NCBI RefSeq assembly: GCF_006345805.1 | Contig: NC_042998.1 | Coordinates: 70,122,001 to 70,186,000, forward strand | DNA length: 64,000 bases | Source of the DNA: Octopus sinensis | Taxonomy: Eukaryota | Direction of reading: 5' to 3' | Shown: piece after piece, positions 1 through 12,350 of the stretch | How positions within the stretch are numbered: position 1 is the stretch's first letter | How the letters are laid out: each line of letters opens with the position of its first letter | Position numbers and translations under genes: made by a program | The notes under the pieces: model-generated | Seen by the model: only the letters and a program-made list of their open reading frames with translations | Told to the model about the DNA's origin: nothing | The model's database searches: none

Positions 1-2419
1 GTAGATACTGAAAACATTTTTACCACAAGTTCCACTTTCAGATCTGTGGAACAGTTTTCTAAAATAAGCCTTATCTTATATTTGTGGCTCAGGCCAAGGG
101 GTTTACAGTGAGCTCTAACTTCGAGTACAAATTACAGCAACTGCTTCCTTCTCCCCAAACAATACATGACACTTTAAGCAACGTCGCTACTTGAAACAAC
201 GAAGCCAACTTTCATTATAAACACATCTGTTATAGTTCTTCATTAAAAAAAGAATTTCTTAAATAAGTTTAAGCTTGTTCTTTCATCGGATCCCTTCAAC
301 TGAACTATCAGCCTTTTATCCATTTCTGAACATTTTCTGTCGTTCATTGTTTTCCTTGCATACATATTTTTGTTTGATCTGCTCTTAGCAAAAAATAAGA
401 GCAATTTTTCTTTCGGTCGAAGAGCCAACGTTGTATAATTCAAACAAAAATATCTCATAGACACCCCATTAAATCTTTTTTTCACCTTTATAACTTTATC
501 TGTTATAGGAGACATACATTGTAGGCATTTTGGATCACAACGAGCACTTCTTTTATGCATTGAAACCGTAGATGAGGCTACACTATAACAGATTATATTA
601 ATAAATGCAGAAAAATGAGGAGAAATGGTTTATCATGATTTAAAGTTCGTGCTAAAAATTGTTGTTACTGCCACCATTATATTTATTATCAATAGCAGCA
701 AGTTGAAACACCGAAAGGAGAACATTTTATTCGAATTCGCAGTTGAACCTGATTACTGGTCTCAAAAAAAAGTGATGGTTAAATGTATTTTATATATTAT
801 TATCAGGTATTGTAAAGTTTAGCATTTGTAGCTACTTAGGAGAGTTCTCTTGTAAGTTGTCTATGTATGAAGAAGAAGGGGCACGCGTTTGTCATTTTGG
901 TATCTGTAGCAGTATAATAATTATGCTTTGAATGCTGTTGAAGAGGACTAGTTCATTGGATTCTCTTTCTGGTATTTTTGAGGTCACTGTTCATGGAAGC
1001 AGCACAAGTCTAACAGCACGTATTTATATTGAGTTTGTGTATGTAAAAGGATAAGGAGGAGTAAAGTGTGGTCTCATCTATAGAGGTGTGTCTGTTGTTA
1101 AGGAAGAACAAAGTTCAGTTCATGAATATACAGAAGAAATAGTGTGAGAGACGTAACAAAAACTAGAAGTACACTATGGTTGACAGAATGTGATTTGGAG
1201 AAAGATGACGCAGACGGAGCTGTCTAGCAGAATATTTCCGACTCAGAAAACGAGAAGCAAATTGATCCCATAGGCAGACAACGTAGCTAACAAGATTCCA
1301 TAGATATACAAATTGCTTGAAAATATTTCACAAGCAGACAACTTAGCTACATAGATCCGGTACAAGAGATATGGTCAGAAACTATGCAGATCTCAAGAGC
1401 AATATCTTAACAGCGGCTGTAAACGCCTCTCAGTTTGTGATTGTAGGTGACTTCATGTAGTCTCTGTTCTTCGTTCGTTCTGTTTCCGTGCAAACTGAAG
1501 TGAACCACTTAACAGGCCTGAGGTTTTAGCTCTGTGAAGAAGGTGGTTTCGGTCATACCCTCCTAGTCGTTAACGTATAACTAGCAAAACCCCAACCGGG
1601 TAGATGATTTGATGTATTAGAGGGTACATCAAGGGTGGAGTGTTGTGTGGTAGGTTTCCCTGAAAAGCCAGTGGCCACAATATATGATGCGGGATAAAGA
1701 CTTTGATAGCTAGGTGATAGCTATTAACAAGAGCATGTTGTTAATAATAGTAAAATATCCAATGTTTTTACCAATGATTTTAGAACAAAGAAATATAGAG
1801 TATATTAAAGTACCTGAAGATGAAGGTTTATAGAGGTGACGTGAGACAGATGTCTTTTTTGTTGGATAAGAGATACCGAACAACTACTTATGATTAATAA
1901 AATTTGAGGAGAGGTAGTGATAGTAGATAAACTTAAAGAAATGCGGACAATGGATTTTGAATTAGAGATAGCGAAAATCATAAGCATTTATGTCTAAAGA
2001 AAACTGGTGAATAGTGGTGGGAGAAGAATTCATGTATGGGAAGATATCACATTTCAGTAATTAGATTTTAAAATTAATCATAGTAACTACAATACGGCAT
2101 CATTGAAAGTTTTGTCTCGATGTCGTGTCTCTTGGGGTCAGCTAACCTAGTAAAATCTACATAAAAATCCGACTCCATGAAGGACTTAGTTAACCTAGTT
2201 ATCTTCACAACTCAGAACAAGCTGACGAAATATTCAGTTATTGTGTGGCATTATTGCTTATAGTAATGCTGATTTCGAACTAGCTTAGAGAGTCGTTTGA
2301 CATGGGAACCACAGATTAGTGACGACTGAATACAAACTCCTCGACTGTTCGATTAATTGATTCAAAGAACCAACTGGTTCTATGCTTCTCTTGCGATCGA
2401 AACTAACAAATTTCTACAC

Positions 2420-2620
2420 GGTAGCTTGAAACACCAGAAATACCAATCTAATTTCCTTCAGATTACACAGTATCGACTTTAAACGAAAAATATTGCACAA
2501 TGTGTAATATCATAGATAGAATGATGCAAAAGAAAAAAATTATGACACGATAATCATGGTTGGAACGTTTGTGATCATATATAGCTCTTCGTAATCAAGG
2601 CTGACCAAGGGTTAAATAAC
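2420..2620 (+). mobile_element. 3' part of an AAC/ACT-tailed retroposon family (related pieces at about 14090-14245 -, 22611-22690 -, 30700-30812 +, 32870-33000 -, 62845-62880 -)
   Basis: Shared motifs GATTTGGCTGCT and CATGGTTGGAA...GGCTGACC...GGTTAAACAACAAC recur in these places in either orientation, all diverged. Confidence 0.55.
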
Positions 2621-2670
2621 TACTACTACTACTACTACTACTACTACTGCTGCTGCTGTTGCTGCTGCTG

Positions 2671-2765
<95 letters not shown>
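2620..2765. repeat. (CTA)n microsatellite with (CTG)n interruption
   Basis: Direct reading. Confidence 0.98.
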
Positions 2766-3176
2766 TTCTTCTAATAGAATCCAGATTTCTCCCTCACGTA
2801 TACATTGACACACCCGATAAATGTCAGATATTTCGGCTTGTCAAAGCATTAATTTTATCGCCGAAATTTAACCATTCCATCACAGAGATTCTGTGACAAA
2901 AACAGACAAAGAAAAAACACTATTTCTCATTCTGAGATCCAGAGATAACGAAAAGGAAAACACAGAGAGGAATGCACACCTAAATGTGCATTGAACTGAT
3001 GTTGCTTTTCTGTATTATGCATGTGTGTGTGTATACATACACACATACATAAACACATTCACTCATATATACATACATACATACATACACACATACATAC
3101 ATACATATACATATATATATATATATATATACATACATTCAAAAACACACACTATTAATATATGGATATCGATATG

Positions 3177-3217
<41 letters not shown>

Positions 3218-3320
3218 TATATATATATGTATGTATGTATGTATGTATATGTAATATGTAATATGCATATATATGTCTATGTGTGTGTTTAATGTATATA
3301 ATAAATACCAATATACGCAG

Positions 3321-3367
<47 letters not shown>

Positions 3368-4143
3368 CAATCATAATCAAACAACAAACATGTCTCTTAT
3401 AAAACAGCCATTACTCAGAAAATGGCGGCAAGAGGAAACGGCCATGTTGATACGTCTCCTTATCTTTATTCAACATGGAAAGATAGCTTGCTTTGCTAAC
3501 AGAAACCATTCCAATACATTCTATCAAAATCTCAGATTTTTCATTATTTTTTTAAAGCGGAGCAGAGCACAGTGATTATTGAAATTGAGGAAAATAAAAC
3601 TAGCTTGCATATAGTATACATACATACATACGTACGTACGTCGTACGTACATACATATATACATACATACATACATACGTACATACGTACATACGTACAT
3701 ACATACGTACGTACATACATACATACATACATACATACATACATACATACATACATACGTACGTACATACATACATACATACATACATACATACATACAT
3801 ACATACATACATACGTGTGTGAGTGTTTGTGTGTGTGTGAGTATTTATATGGTTATGTGTGTATATTGTGACATAAGTGTGCCATAAATCTATACTTGGA
3901 AATACCTTAATATAATATGATCTCTGCAACGTATCAGCAGGAGTAAAGAAAAAAAAATGTCAACGTAAACAAGGACTTTATTTGTTTAAATGTTTCCTTT
4001 TACACTCACAATTGGCTAATATTGCTTTTGAATTTGTTGACTGCTGCCTTTCAGTGTGTGGCGTTGTGTTTCAGCATTTGTGCTTTGTGTATGCGTGCGA
4101 TGATTGTATGCATATACATACATATATGCATATACATATATGC

Positions 4144-4198
<55 letters not shown>

Positions 4199-4359
4199 TT
4201 ATAAACACACACATATATTCATTCATATATGTATATTTACATATATGTTGTATATATGAATACGTGTATACTAATAGTGTGTCTGTCTATGCGAGCCCAA
4301 TAACAACCGTGTTAGTACATAGATACATGTGTGTGCATGCGTACGTATGTATATATATA

Positions 4360-4406
<47 letters not shown>

Positions 4407-4540
4407 GTGTGTGTGTGTGTAGCCTGTCTGTTTCAGTATATGTATGTATATATTGTGAAACCTTGTCTTGCGTTAGAAATCGATGTGCTCATACACGTAC
4501 ATACATTAATGATGGTGTACATCACTCTCTTTTCTCTCCC

Positions 4541-4620
<80 letters not shown>

Positions 4621-5077
4621 CCTATCTATCTGCCTCTGTGTGTGTATATAGATGCATACACTTATGTATATGTATATATATGTGTGTGTATATATATAAT
4701 ATATATATATGTGTGCGCATATATATGAGTGTGTGTATTAGCTATTCTATTGTTATTTTTAAACTAGCTTTAAATAATTTAACTTAAAGGCCATCCACCC
4801 ACACACGTCACCCACCTACACTGTCTCTCTCTCTCTCTCACACACACACATGCACAAACGCTGAATTGCATCGAACGTGAGGGAGAGGAGTGCTCGATTA
4901 ACGCTGTAGAGTATATGGTTTATCGAAACAGAATTTTCATCTTACGAGCTATGCATTAAGTCTGATTAAATGAACTCTCTGCTTTTGTCTCTGTGTCTCT
5001 GTCTCTGTCTTCGCCTCTTTCTCTTTCTCTTCCTCTCCCTCTCCCTCTCTCTCTCCATCTCTCTCTCCCCCTCTCTA

Positions 5078-5114
<37 letters not shown>

Positions 5115-5242
5115 GTATAAATATTTGTATGCATGTATGTTTATGTATATGTGTGTATGCAGTTATATACTTGAGTGTATAGATTTAGAAGTGTACAGTT
5201 ACATAATGTGTACGCACCCTCACATACGCACACCACACATTA

Positions 5243-5283
<41 letters not shown>

Positions 5284-5577
5284 GTACATACACATAGACA
5301 CAGGCGTACACACACATACACACAAACACACGTGCACGCACGCAAATACACACCCACATACACACATCTTTATGCTTGTGTACATTTCTGGTTATTTCTT
5401 TATGCTAGTAAGAATGTGAAAACATTCATCTAACTGAATTCTATCGATGCTGTCCACACAAACGACAAATGTGTTGTTTATATCGATCGACTGGGCGTGT
5501 ATTTTTGTATTTCTAAATAAACCTGTCTTCATTCTTTACTACATTTATTACCGCACACGATTCTGCAATCTGTGTTG

Positions 5578-6245
5578 TATCTACCGGGGTATGTGTTAAC
5601 TTCTATTGGCATGATGCAGTATCTACAGGGGTGTGTGTTCGCTTCTGCTGTCTTCATATAGCATCTATAGGGGTAGTGTATTCGCTTTTATTGTTTTTAT
5701 CTACCGGGGTATGTGTTCGCTTTTATTGTCTTCATACAATATCTATAGGGGTAGTGTATACGTTTTTATTGTCTTTATGCAGTATCTACCGGGGTATGTG
5801 TTCGCTTCTGTTGTCTTCATACAATATCTATAGGGGTAGTGTATTCGCTTTTATCATCTTTATGTAGTATCAACCGGGGTATGTATTCATACAATATCTA
5901 TAGGGGTAGTGTATTCGCTTTTATTGTTTTTATCTACCGGGGTATGTGTTCGCTTTTATTGTCTTCATACAATATATATAGGGGTAATGTATTCGCTTTA
6001 TTGTCTTTATGTAGTATCAACCGGGGTATGTGTTCGCTTCTGCTGTCTTCATACAATATCTTTAGGGGTAGTGTATTCGCTTTTATCATCTTTATCTACT
6101 GGGGTATGTGTTCGCTTTTATTGCCTTCATACAATATCTATAGGGGTAGTGTATTCGCTTTTATTGTCTGTATGCAGAATCTATTAGGGTGTATGCTTTC
6201 TTCTATTCGCTGTGTGTAGTATCTATCTGGGTATGTGTTCGCTTG
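5578..6245. repeat. Minisatellite of about 42-bp monomers in alternating A/B arrangement
   Basis: A = TATCTACCGGGGTATGTGTTCGCTTTTATTGTCTTCATACAA. B = TATCTATAGGGGTAGTGTATTCGCTTTTATTGTCTTTATGCAG (or a 36-bp short form). About 16-17 monomers. Confidence 0.95.
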
Positions 6246-6289
6246 TAAAGTGTTTAATGAATTGTACTGAAGGAATTAATATATGATTG

Positions 6290-7440
6290 GTGGGGTCTGG
6301 AGATAAACTATGATTGCCGTGCATTAAAGACAGACTGAGATATGTGTGTTATTTTGAGCTGATCTAAGTAGCTATGATTTAGGGGCAAATTGTGGTAACT
6401 ATGGTCCAGAGCTGTTACATGGACGTAATTTGTGATAACAGTGATCTGGGTGTAATTATACGATAAATGGTATCTGAATGTAATCTGAGATAACTGATCT
6501 GGAGATATTCCGTGGTAAAAATGACACGAGGGTAATCTGTAATAACTTATCTGGATGTAACATACGGTAAATGGTATTTGGGGTTGGAGGTGGAGTCAAG
6601 TTGTGATAAATGACCTGGAGCTATTCTGTTGTAGCTGTTCAGTAGTGTTAGCTGTGATCTGGAGCTAATCTATGGAAAATGTGGTCTGCTGGTAATATGT
6701 AATAGATGTGATCTGGAGGAATACATGGTTGTTTGGATCTGGAGGACAAATATGGTTGTTGTTTTCTGGAGATAATCTGTGCTAGCTGTAACAGGAGGGA
6801 ACATACAGTAGCTGTTACCTGGAAATAATCTGTGGTAAATGTGGTCTGGAGGTAATTATTATTAGCTAGAATCTGGAACTAACATTGCAGTTGTGATATG
6901 GAGGTACCCTGTGGTAACTGTGGTGTCTTTTGTAGCTGTAATCTTGAGAGAAGTGAAGGCGCGTGGCTCAGTGGTTAGAGCGTCGAGCTTACGATCGTGA
7001 GGTTGTGAGCTCGAATCCCGGTCCGGGCTGCGTGTTGTGTTCTTGAGCAAGACACTTTATTTCACGTTGCTCCAGTTCACTCAGCTGTAGAAATGAGTTG
7101 CGACGTCACAGGTGCCAAGCTGTATCGGCCCTTGCCTTTCCCTTGGACAACATCGGTGACGTGGAGAGGGGAGGCTGGTATGCATGGGCGACTGCTGGTC
7201 TTCCATAAAAAAAAACAACCTTGCCCAGACTTGTGCCTTAGAGGGTAACTCTCTAGGTGCAAACCCATGGTTAGTGTCTGACGGAAGGGGGAAAAGAAAG
7301 AAAGAATCTTGAGAGAGTATATGGTAGATGTAACCAAAGGTAAATCGTATGGTAGCTGTAATCCGGGGGTAAAGTGTGGTAGGTGTGGTGTGGAAATAAT
7401 TTCTAGTGAATACGGATTCTAGATATCTGGAGATAACATG
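6290..7440. repeat. Degenerate tandem repeat (roughly 25-28 bp, GATCTGGAG...TGGT) interrupted by a SINE
   Basis: CTGGAG(A/G)TAA and TGTGGTA motifs recur on both sides of the SINE at 6952-7304. Confidence 0.7.
6952..7304 (+). mobile_element. tRNA-derived SINE (family B), full length, with 12-bp TSD
   Basis: A-box TGGCTCAGTGG (6964-74), B-box-like GAGCTCGAATCCC, CORE-like CTTGAGCAAGACACTT and a GAAA-type tail. AATCTTGAGAGA is duplicated at 6940-6951 and 7305-7316. Confidence 0.92.
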
Positions 7441-8382
7441 ATCCGGAGGCAGTCGACGTAGGTTATGAATTGAGGGTAAGATGTAACGTTTGTAGAAACG
7501 TCCTGTTTAATGACAGTGTATATGTTGAGAATTTCCAGCCTTTTTCCAGACACTGTATTTTCTAGTTCCAAGACTGTTTTTTTGTAAATTCTTTATCCAA
7601 ATTGAATTGTTCAATTAGCTTTGAATTTTATATCTTTCAATCTTCACCGCTTCAACGAAGTCGTCGTCGTCGTCGTCGTCATCATCGTTGTTGTTATATT
7701 TCGGTGTATTTCTCAAATGAAAGTAACTTTATGCAACTTGCCAGAAGTAATAATTTGAAATAGTCAAAACACAGTCTTGTAATGTAGTACTCACTCCCTC
7801 ACTCACTCACTCACTCCCTCACTCACTCACTCCCTCACTCACTCACTCACTAACTTACTCACACATTCAATCTCCTCCTCCTCCTCCTCTCTCTGTTTCT
7901 TTCTCTCTTTTCATGTCTACCATATTCACAGCATTAGCAGACGTTCTTCCATACTTATTTCCTTTTACTAATAAATAGAAAAGCTTTCAATTAATATTAT
8001 ATATATATTATCGTCTTTTTTGTATTTGCATTATTCAATCTCGTTTCTTTTTCGTTCTTGTTATTGTTAGTTTATTAGAAAAAAAAAAAAGTCCGATGAT
8101 TGAAATCACAATGAAAATATTGCATAGTTCGAACAAAGCTGTGAGATCACGTAATGAAATAAGCCGGTCTTAGGAATATCAGAAAGAATGGAACCGAGTC
8201 ACCTTTGTTGGTCTGAATAATCAGGAAAGTATGACAGAGCAGTAGAATTTCATGATTTTCGTTCGGAGAAGCAATGAGAAGAGGCACGTTTTCACTCATA
8301 TCTCGTCCAGACTCTCTCTTTCCCCACAAAATAACATCACAGTTTTCTCATTAACCTCTTGACTGTGTTGTTGTTATTATTC

Positions 8383-8385
<3 letters not shown>

Positions 8386-8429
<44 letters not shown>

Positions 8430-8548
8430 CACACACACACATGCGTGTGTATGTGTGTGTGTGTGAGTACATGTGTGTACATATACATATACAAACACAC
8501 ACATATGCATGATGCATGCATACATATGTATATATATATATATAATAT

Positions 8549-8601
<53 letters not shown>

Positions 8602-8919
8602 GTATATACGTATATATATATATGCACATATACACACCCACACAGATATATGTATGTATGCATGTATGTATATATAATATATATAATATATATATATTAT
8701 ATATATATATATATATGTATGTATATGTATATATATATATGTATGTATATGTATATATATGTATATGTAATATATATATATGTATATGTATATATATATA
8801 TGTATATGTATATATATATATTATATGTATATATATGTATGTATATGTATATATATGTATATGTATATATTATATATATATGTATATATGTATATATGTT
8901 ATATGTATGTATGTATGTA

Positions 8920-8985
<66 letters not shown>

Positions 8986-8986
8986 T

Positions 8987-9010
<24 letters not shown>
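8386..9010. repeat. Compound (TA)n/(TG)n/(TATG)n microsatellite field
   Basis: Direct reading. Confidence 0.98.
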
Positions 9011-9017
<7 letters not shown>

Positions 9018-9924
9018 TGTCTGTTCTATATATATTTTTATGTGTTATCGAACAAATCAAAAGAAACCTGCTGCTATTGATTTTTTTCTATACTTTTTAT
9101 TTATTAAAAGATATTGTACTATCCAGCGAAAGAAGTCAGTGTCTGTACTAATAATTATTACATATATTCTGATGCCAACCGACAAATTTAGTTTTGTTTT
9201 TCTTTTTTTTTTTCTTTTTTTTTTTTTCTAGTATCGAATGCAGTAATGGCAGAATAGCCACTGCAAGTGTTTGTTTGCTTGTTTTCGTTTTTGTCTGTTT
9301 GTTTTGGGGTTTTTTTTAAAGAGAAATCCAGCGTACCAATCCCTGGCTACATTTGACAGTCTCAGGTGTGTCTTCATCATGTGTCACAATACTACCAGTC
9401 GAGTAGACGACATCCGAGTTTACGTATTATAACATGGCATTATCTGAAAAACCGGCCATGACCAGTTATGAACCACGTAACTAAGACAACAGTTTCCTCT
9501 ACTTGTATGAGCTCATTAAATCTACTGTGCTGGTTAGACACTAAAAGTGTGTTTTCTAGCTTAAATTGGTTAATATATATGTATTGTGAAGCTGGAGACC
9601 ATGTTAGATATAGTATAGTGCTCTGCTTCAAGTAGATCAGATCAAACCACATTCAAAAGAAAGCTATATGGCTGACTGGTAAACATTCACTTACCCATCC
9701 ACTACAACCTTCGCTTTGTCTTTCCCTAACATTATTTCAAACGTTCGCTTCCTGACGCGCTTCCTTCTCTTCTGTCTTATCTACAATGATAGAACTTCAC
9801 CAAGAGACGACAATCACGAGTTTACAGACGTGCTCTATCACTCCACCTCGTCTACTACGATGTCATCTGCTTCACTGGACTAGTTACGTACATACCCGTT
9901 CCACCCAGACCCATTCATCATCCC

Positions 9925-10462
9925 TCCTCCTGCTCTCCTCTTATTATTGCTCTTCTTCTTCTTCTTCCTCCTCTTCGCTCCTCCACTTCTTATTCTTTCC
10001 CTTCTTATTCCTCCTCCTCGCCTCCTCTTCTTATTCCTCCCCTTATTTCTCCTCCTCCCCTCTTCTTCTTATTCGTCCCCTTCTTCTTTCTTCTTCTTCT
10101 TCTTCTTCTTCTTCTTCTTCTCTTCTCTTCTCTTCTTCTTCTCTTCTTTCTCCCTCTTCTTCTTCTTCCTCCCTTTTCCTCTACTTCCTCCTCCTCCTCC
10201 TCCCCTTCCTCCGCCTCTTCTTCTTCTTCTTCTTCTTCTTCTTCTTCCTCACTCTTCCTCTACTTCCTCCTCCTACTCCTCCCGCCTCCGCTTGTTCCTC
10301 CTTCTCTGCTTCTTCTTCTTCTTCTTCTTCCCCCCTCTTCCTCTACTTCCTCCTCCTCCTCCTTCCTCCGCTTGTTCCTCCTTCTCTTCTTCTTCTTCTT
10401 CTTCTTGTTCCTTTTCCTCTTCTTCTTCCTCCTCCGCTTCTTCTTCTTCTTCTCGTCTTCTT

Positions 10463-10500
<38 letters not shown>

Positions 10501-10800
10501 TCCGCTTCTTCCTCTGCTTCTTCCTCCTCCTCCGCTTCTTCTTCTTGTTCTTCTACTACTACTACTACTACTACTACTACTCCTACTTCTTCCGCTTCTT
10601 CCTCTGCTTCTTCCCCCTCCTCCGCTTCTTCTTCTTCTTCTTCTTCTTCTTCTTCTACTACTACTACTACTACTACTACTAGTAGTAGTAGTAGTAGTAG
10701 TACTCTGTTTCTTCCTCTGCTTCTTCTTCCTCCGCTTTCTCTTCCTCCCTATCCCACCTTCTCCCTGCCTTCTCCTCTTCCCCGCTTGTTTCTCTTCCTC
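9925..10800. repeat. Long polypyrimidine field of (CTT)n, (CCT)n and (ACT)n
   Basis: Direct reading; the + strand is strongly C/T biased. Confidence 0.98.
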
Positions 10801-11229
10801 TCAATCATTCCTCCGCATGGATGTAAGCCTCTTATTCATCCCTCGAACTTCGTTCATTGACGTTTTTCTTCATTTCGCAGTCTCTCGGAATCCAAACTGT
10901 TGGTTTTGTCAATCACATGTTTTCATTCATCGAGTGAAAGTGTGTTCAGCACGATTTGTATTGCAGTGATTTTATAAATTTGAAAATGTCATTTAGTTTC
11001 ATGTATTCTCGGATTCAATTCGCCATTTTACAAATTTTCCATATCAATCCAAACTTAATTCATTCGTGGGTATGTTGAATTATTCTTAGCTTGTTTGGTA
11101 TTCTTTTGTCGAAGACCATATCTCTGCATCATAAAAATTTTACTTCTAATGACACATTGATTGTGAATCGATCTGTCCGGCATTCGCCATAATAGATCGC
11201 TAGCCACTAAACCTTTTTCTATTTTCTCT

Positions 11230-11390
11230 CCCTGTTTATTTCTGTGTTCCTTTCTGTCGAAGAGCGTAGGCTCGAAACGTAAAAGACTTTTTCACTTCCC
11301 GAGCGTTAAACTAATACATCTGTTTGTTGTTTACACACTCGTCTTCGTCTTTTGGTTTGCTTTTTTTTTTTTTTTTTGTAAATTCTCACT
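11230..11390 (+). mobile_element. Penelope-like pseudo-LTR-type repeat carrying a hammerhead-like motif
   Basis: CTTT-CTGTCGA-A-GAGC GTAG GCTC-GAAA-CGT-A-AAAG has the layout typical of Penelope-associated minimal hammerheads. Confidence 0.5.
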
Positions 11391-11570
11391 TTATCTGCTT
11401 ATTCGTTTGCAAAAACGCAGGTCACCTAAACAAAAGGAAAGAAGCAAAAGAAAGCTCATACGCCTTTATAGTACTTTTCTTCATAATTGGAGTGGACAGT
11501 ATGATGCTAAGCATTTTTCCCGGCGTGCTAACGTTTCTGACAGCTCGCCGCCTTAAGATCGAGAATAAAT

Positions 11571-11778
11571 ATTCTAGGCACAAGGTCCGAAATTTGGTGG
11601 GAAGGGCCAGTCGATTAGATCAACCCCAGTACGCAACTGGTGCTTAATTTATCGACCCCGAAAGGATGAAAGGATGAAAGTCGACCTCGGCGGAATTTGA
11701 ACTCAGAACGTAAAGACAAACGAAATATCGCTAAGCATTTCACTCGACGTACTAACGTTTCTGTCAGCTCGCCGCCTT
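11571..11778 (-). mobile_element. SINE family A (tail type ii), preceded by a truncated head at 11507-11554
   Basis: Reverse complement begins AAGGCGGCGAGCTG, then B-box GAGTTCAAATTCC, the CATCCTTTCGGGGTCGATAAATTAAG core and a CCTTGTGCCTAGAAT tail. Confidence 0.88.
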
Positions 11779-12208
11779 AGTTGGGAACAATATTGACAAG
11801 CCAAAGGTTTCTGGAAACAATGAGTCGTCACCACTTTCATACACACACTTATTCTATCAAATACTACACGTTGCTTCAAGTTCTTGTAACTTACCAGTAG
11901 CAGTTGTTTTATTGTTTCCTAACAATTTGATGAATGATGTCAAGAAAGACGAACTTCGTTTCCATGGATCTTGAGTCACTGAGGCACTACTAACAATTTG
12001 CAGTAATTACATCATTTTCTACTATCATTTGAACTGAGTGATTCCATTTGTTTAAACATCCGTACAGTATGTATGTATGCATGTATGTTTGTATGTATGT
12101 ATGTATGTATGCATGTATGTTTGTATGAATGTATGTATGTATGTATGTATGTATTATGTATATATGTATGTATTATGTATGTATGTATGCATGTATGTAT
12201 GTACGTAT

Positions 12209-12350
12209 GTATGTATAGATAAATGTATCTATGTATTTGTGTGTATGTATAGATATATGTATCTATGTATTTGTGTGTATGTATAGATATATGTATCTAT
12301 GTATTTGTGTGTATGTATAGATATATGTATCTATGTATTTGTGTGTATGT
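12209..12350. repeat. 34-bp minisatellite, 4 copies
   Basis: GTATGTATAGATATATGTATCTATGTATTTGTGT x4. Confidence 0.9.

Noticed and set aside
1541-1570. Hammerhead-like motif on the minus strand (CTAGGA GGG TATGA CC GAAA)
   Set aside because: The core does not match CUGANGA, and no stem I, stem III or UH site can be formed.
5578-6245. CRISPR-like periodicity and ORFs 5839-6219 / 5909-6187
   Set aside because: Units are contiguous related monomers with no unique spacers, there are no cas genes, and the context is eukaryotic; the ORFs are repeat translations.
6958-7030. tRNA gene calls for SINE heads (also 27005, 38750-38826, 48624)
   Set aside because: A/B boxes are present, but each continues into a shared SINE body and lacks a proper acceptor stem and Pol III terminator.
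9786-10969. 298-aa and 340-aa ORFs rich in S/L/F/P
   Set aside because: Translations of the (CTT)n/(CCT)n field; open only because a pyrimidine tract lacks stop codons.
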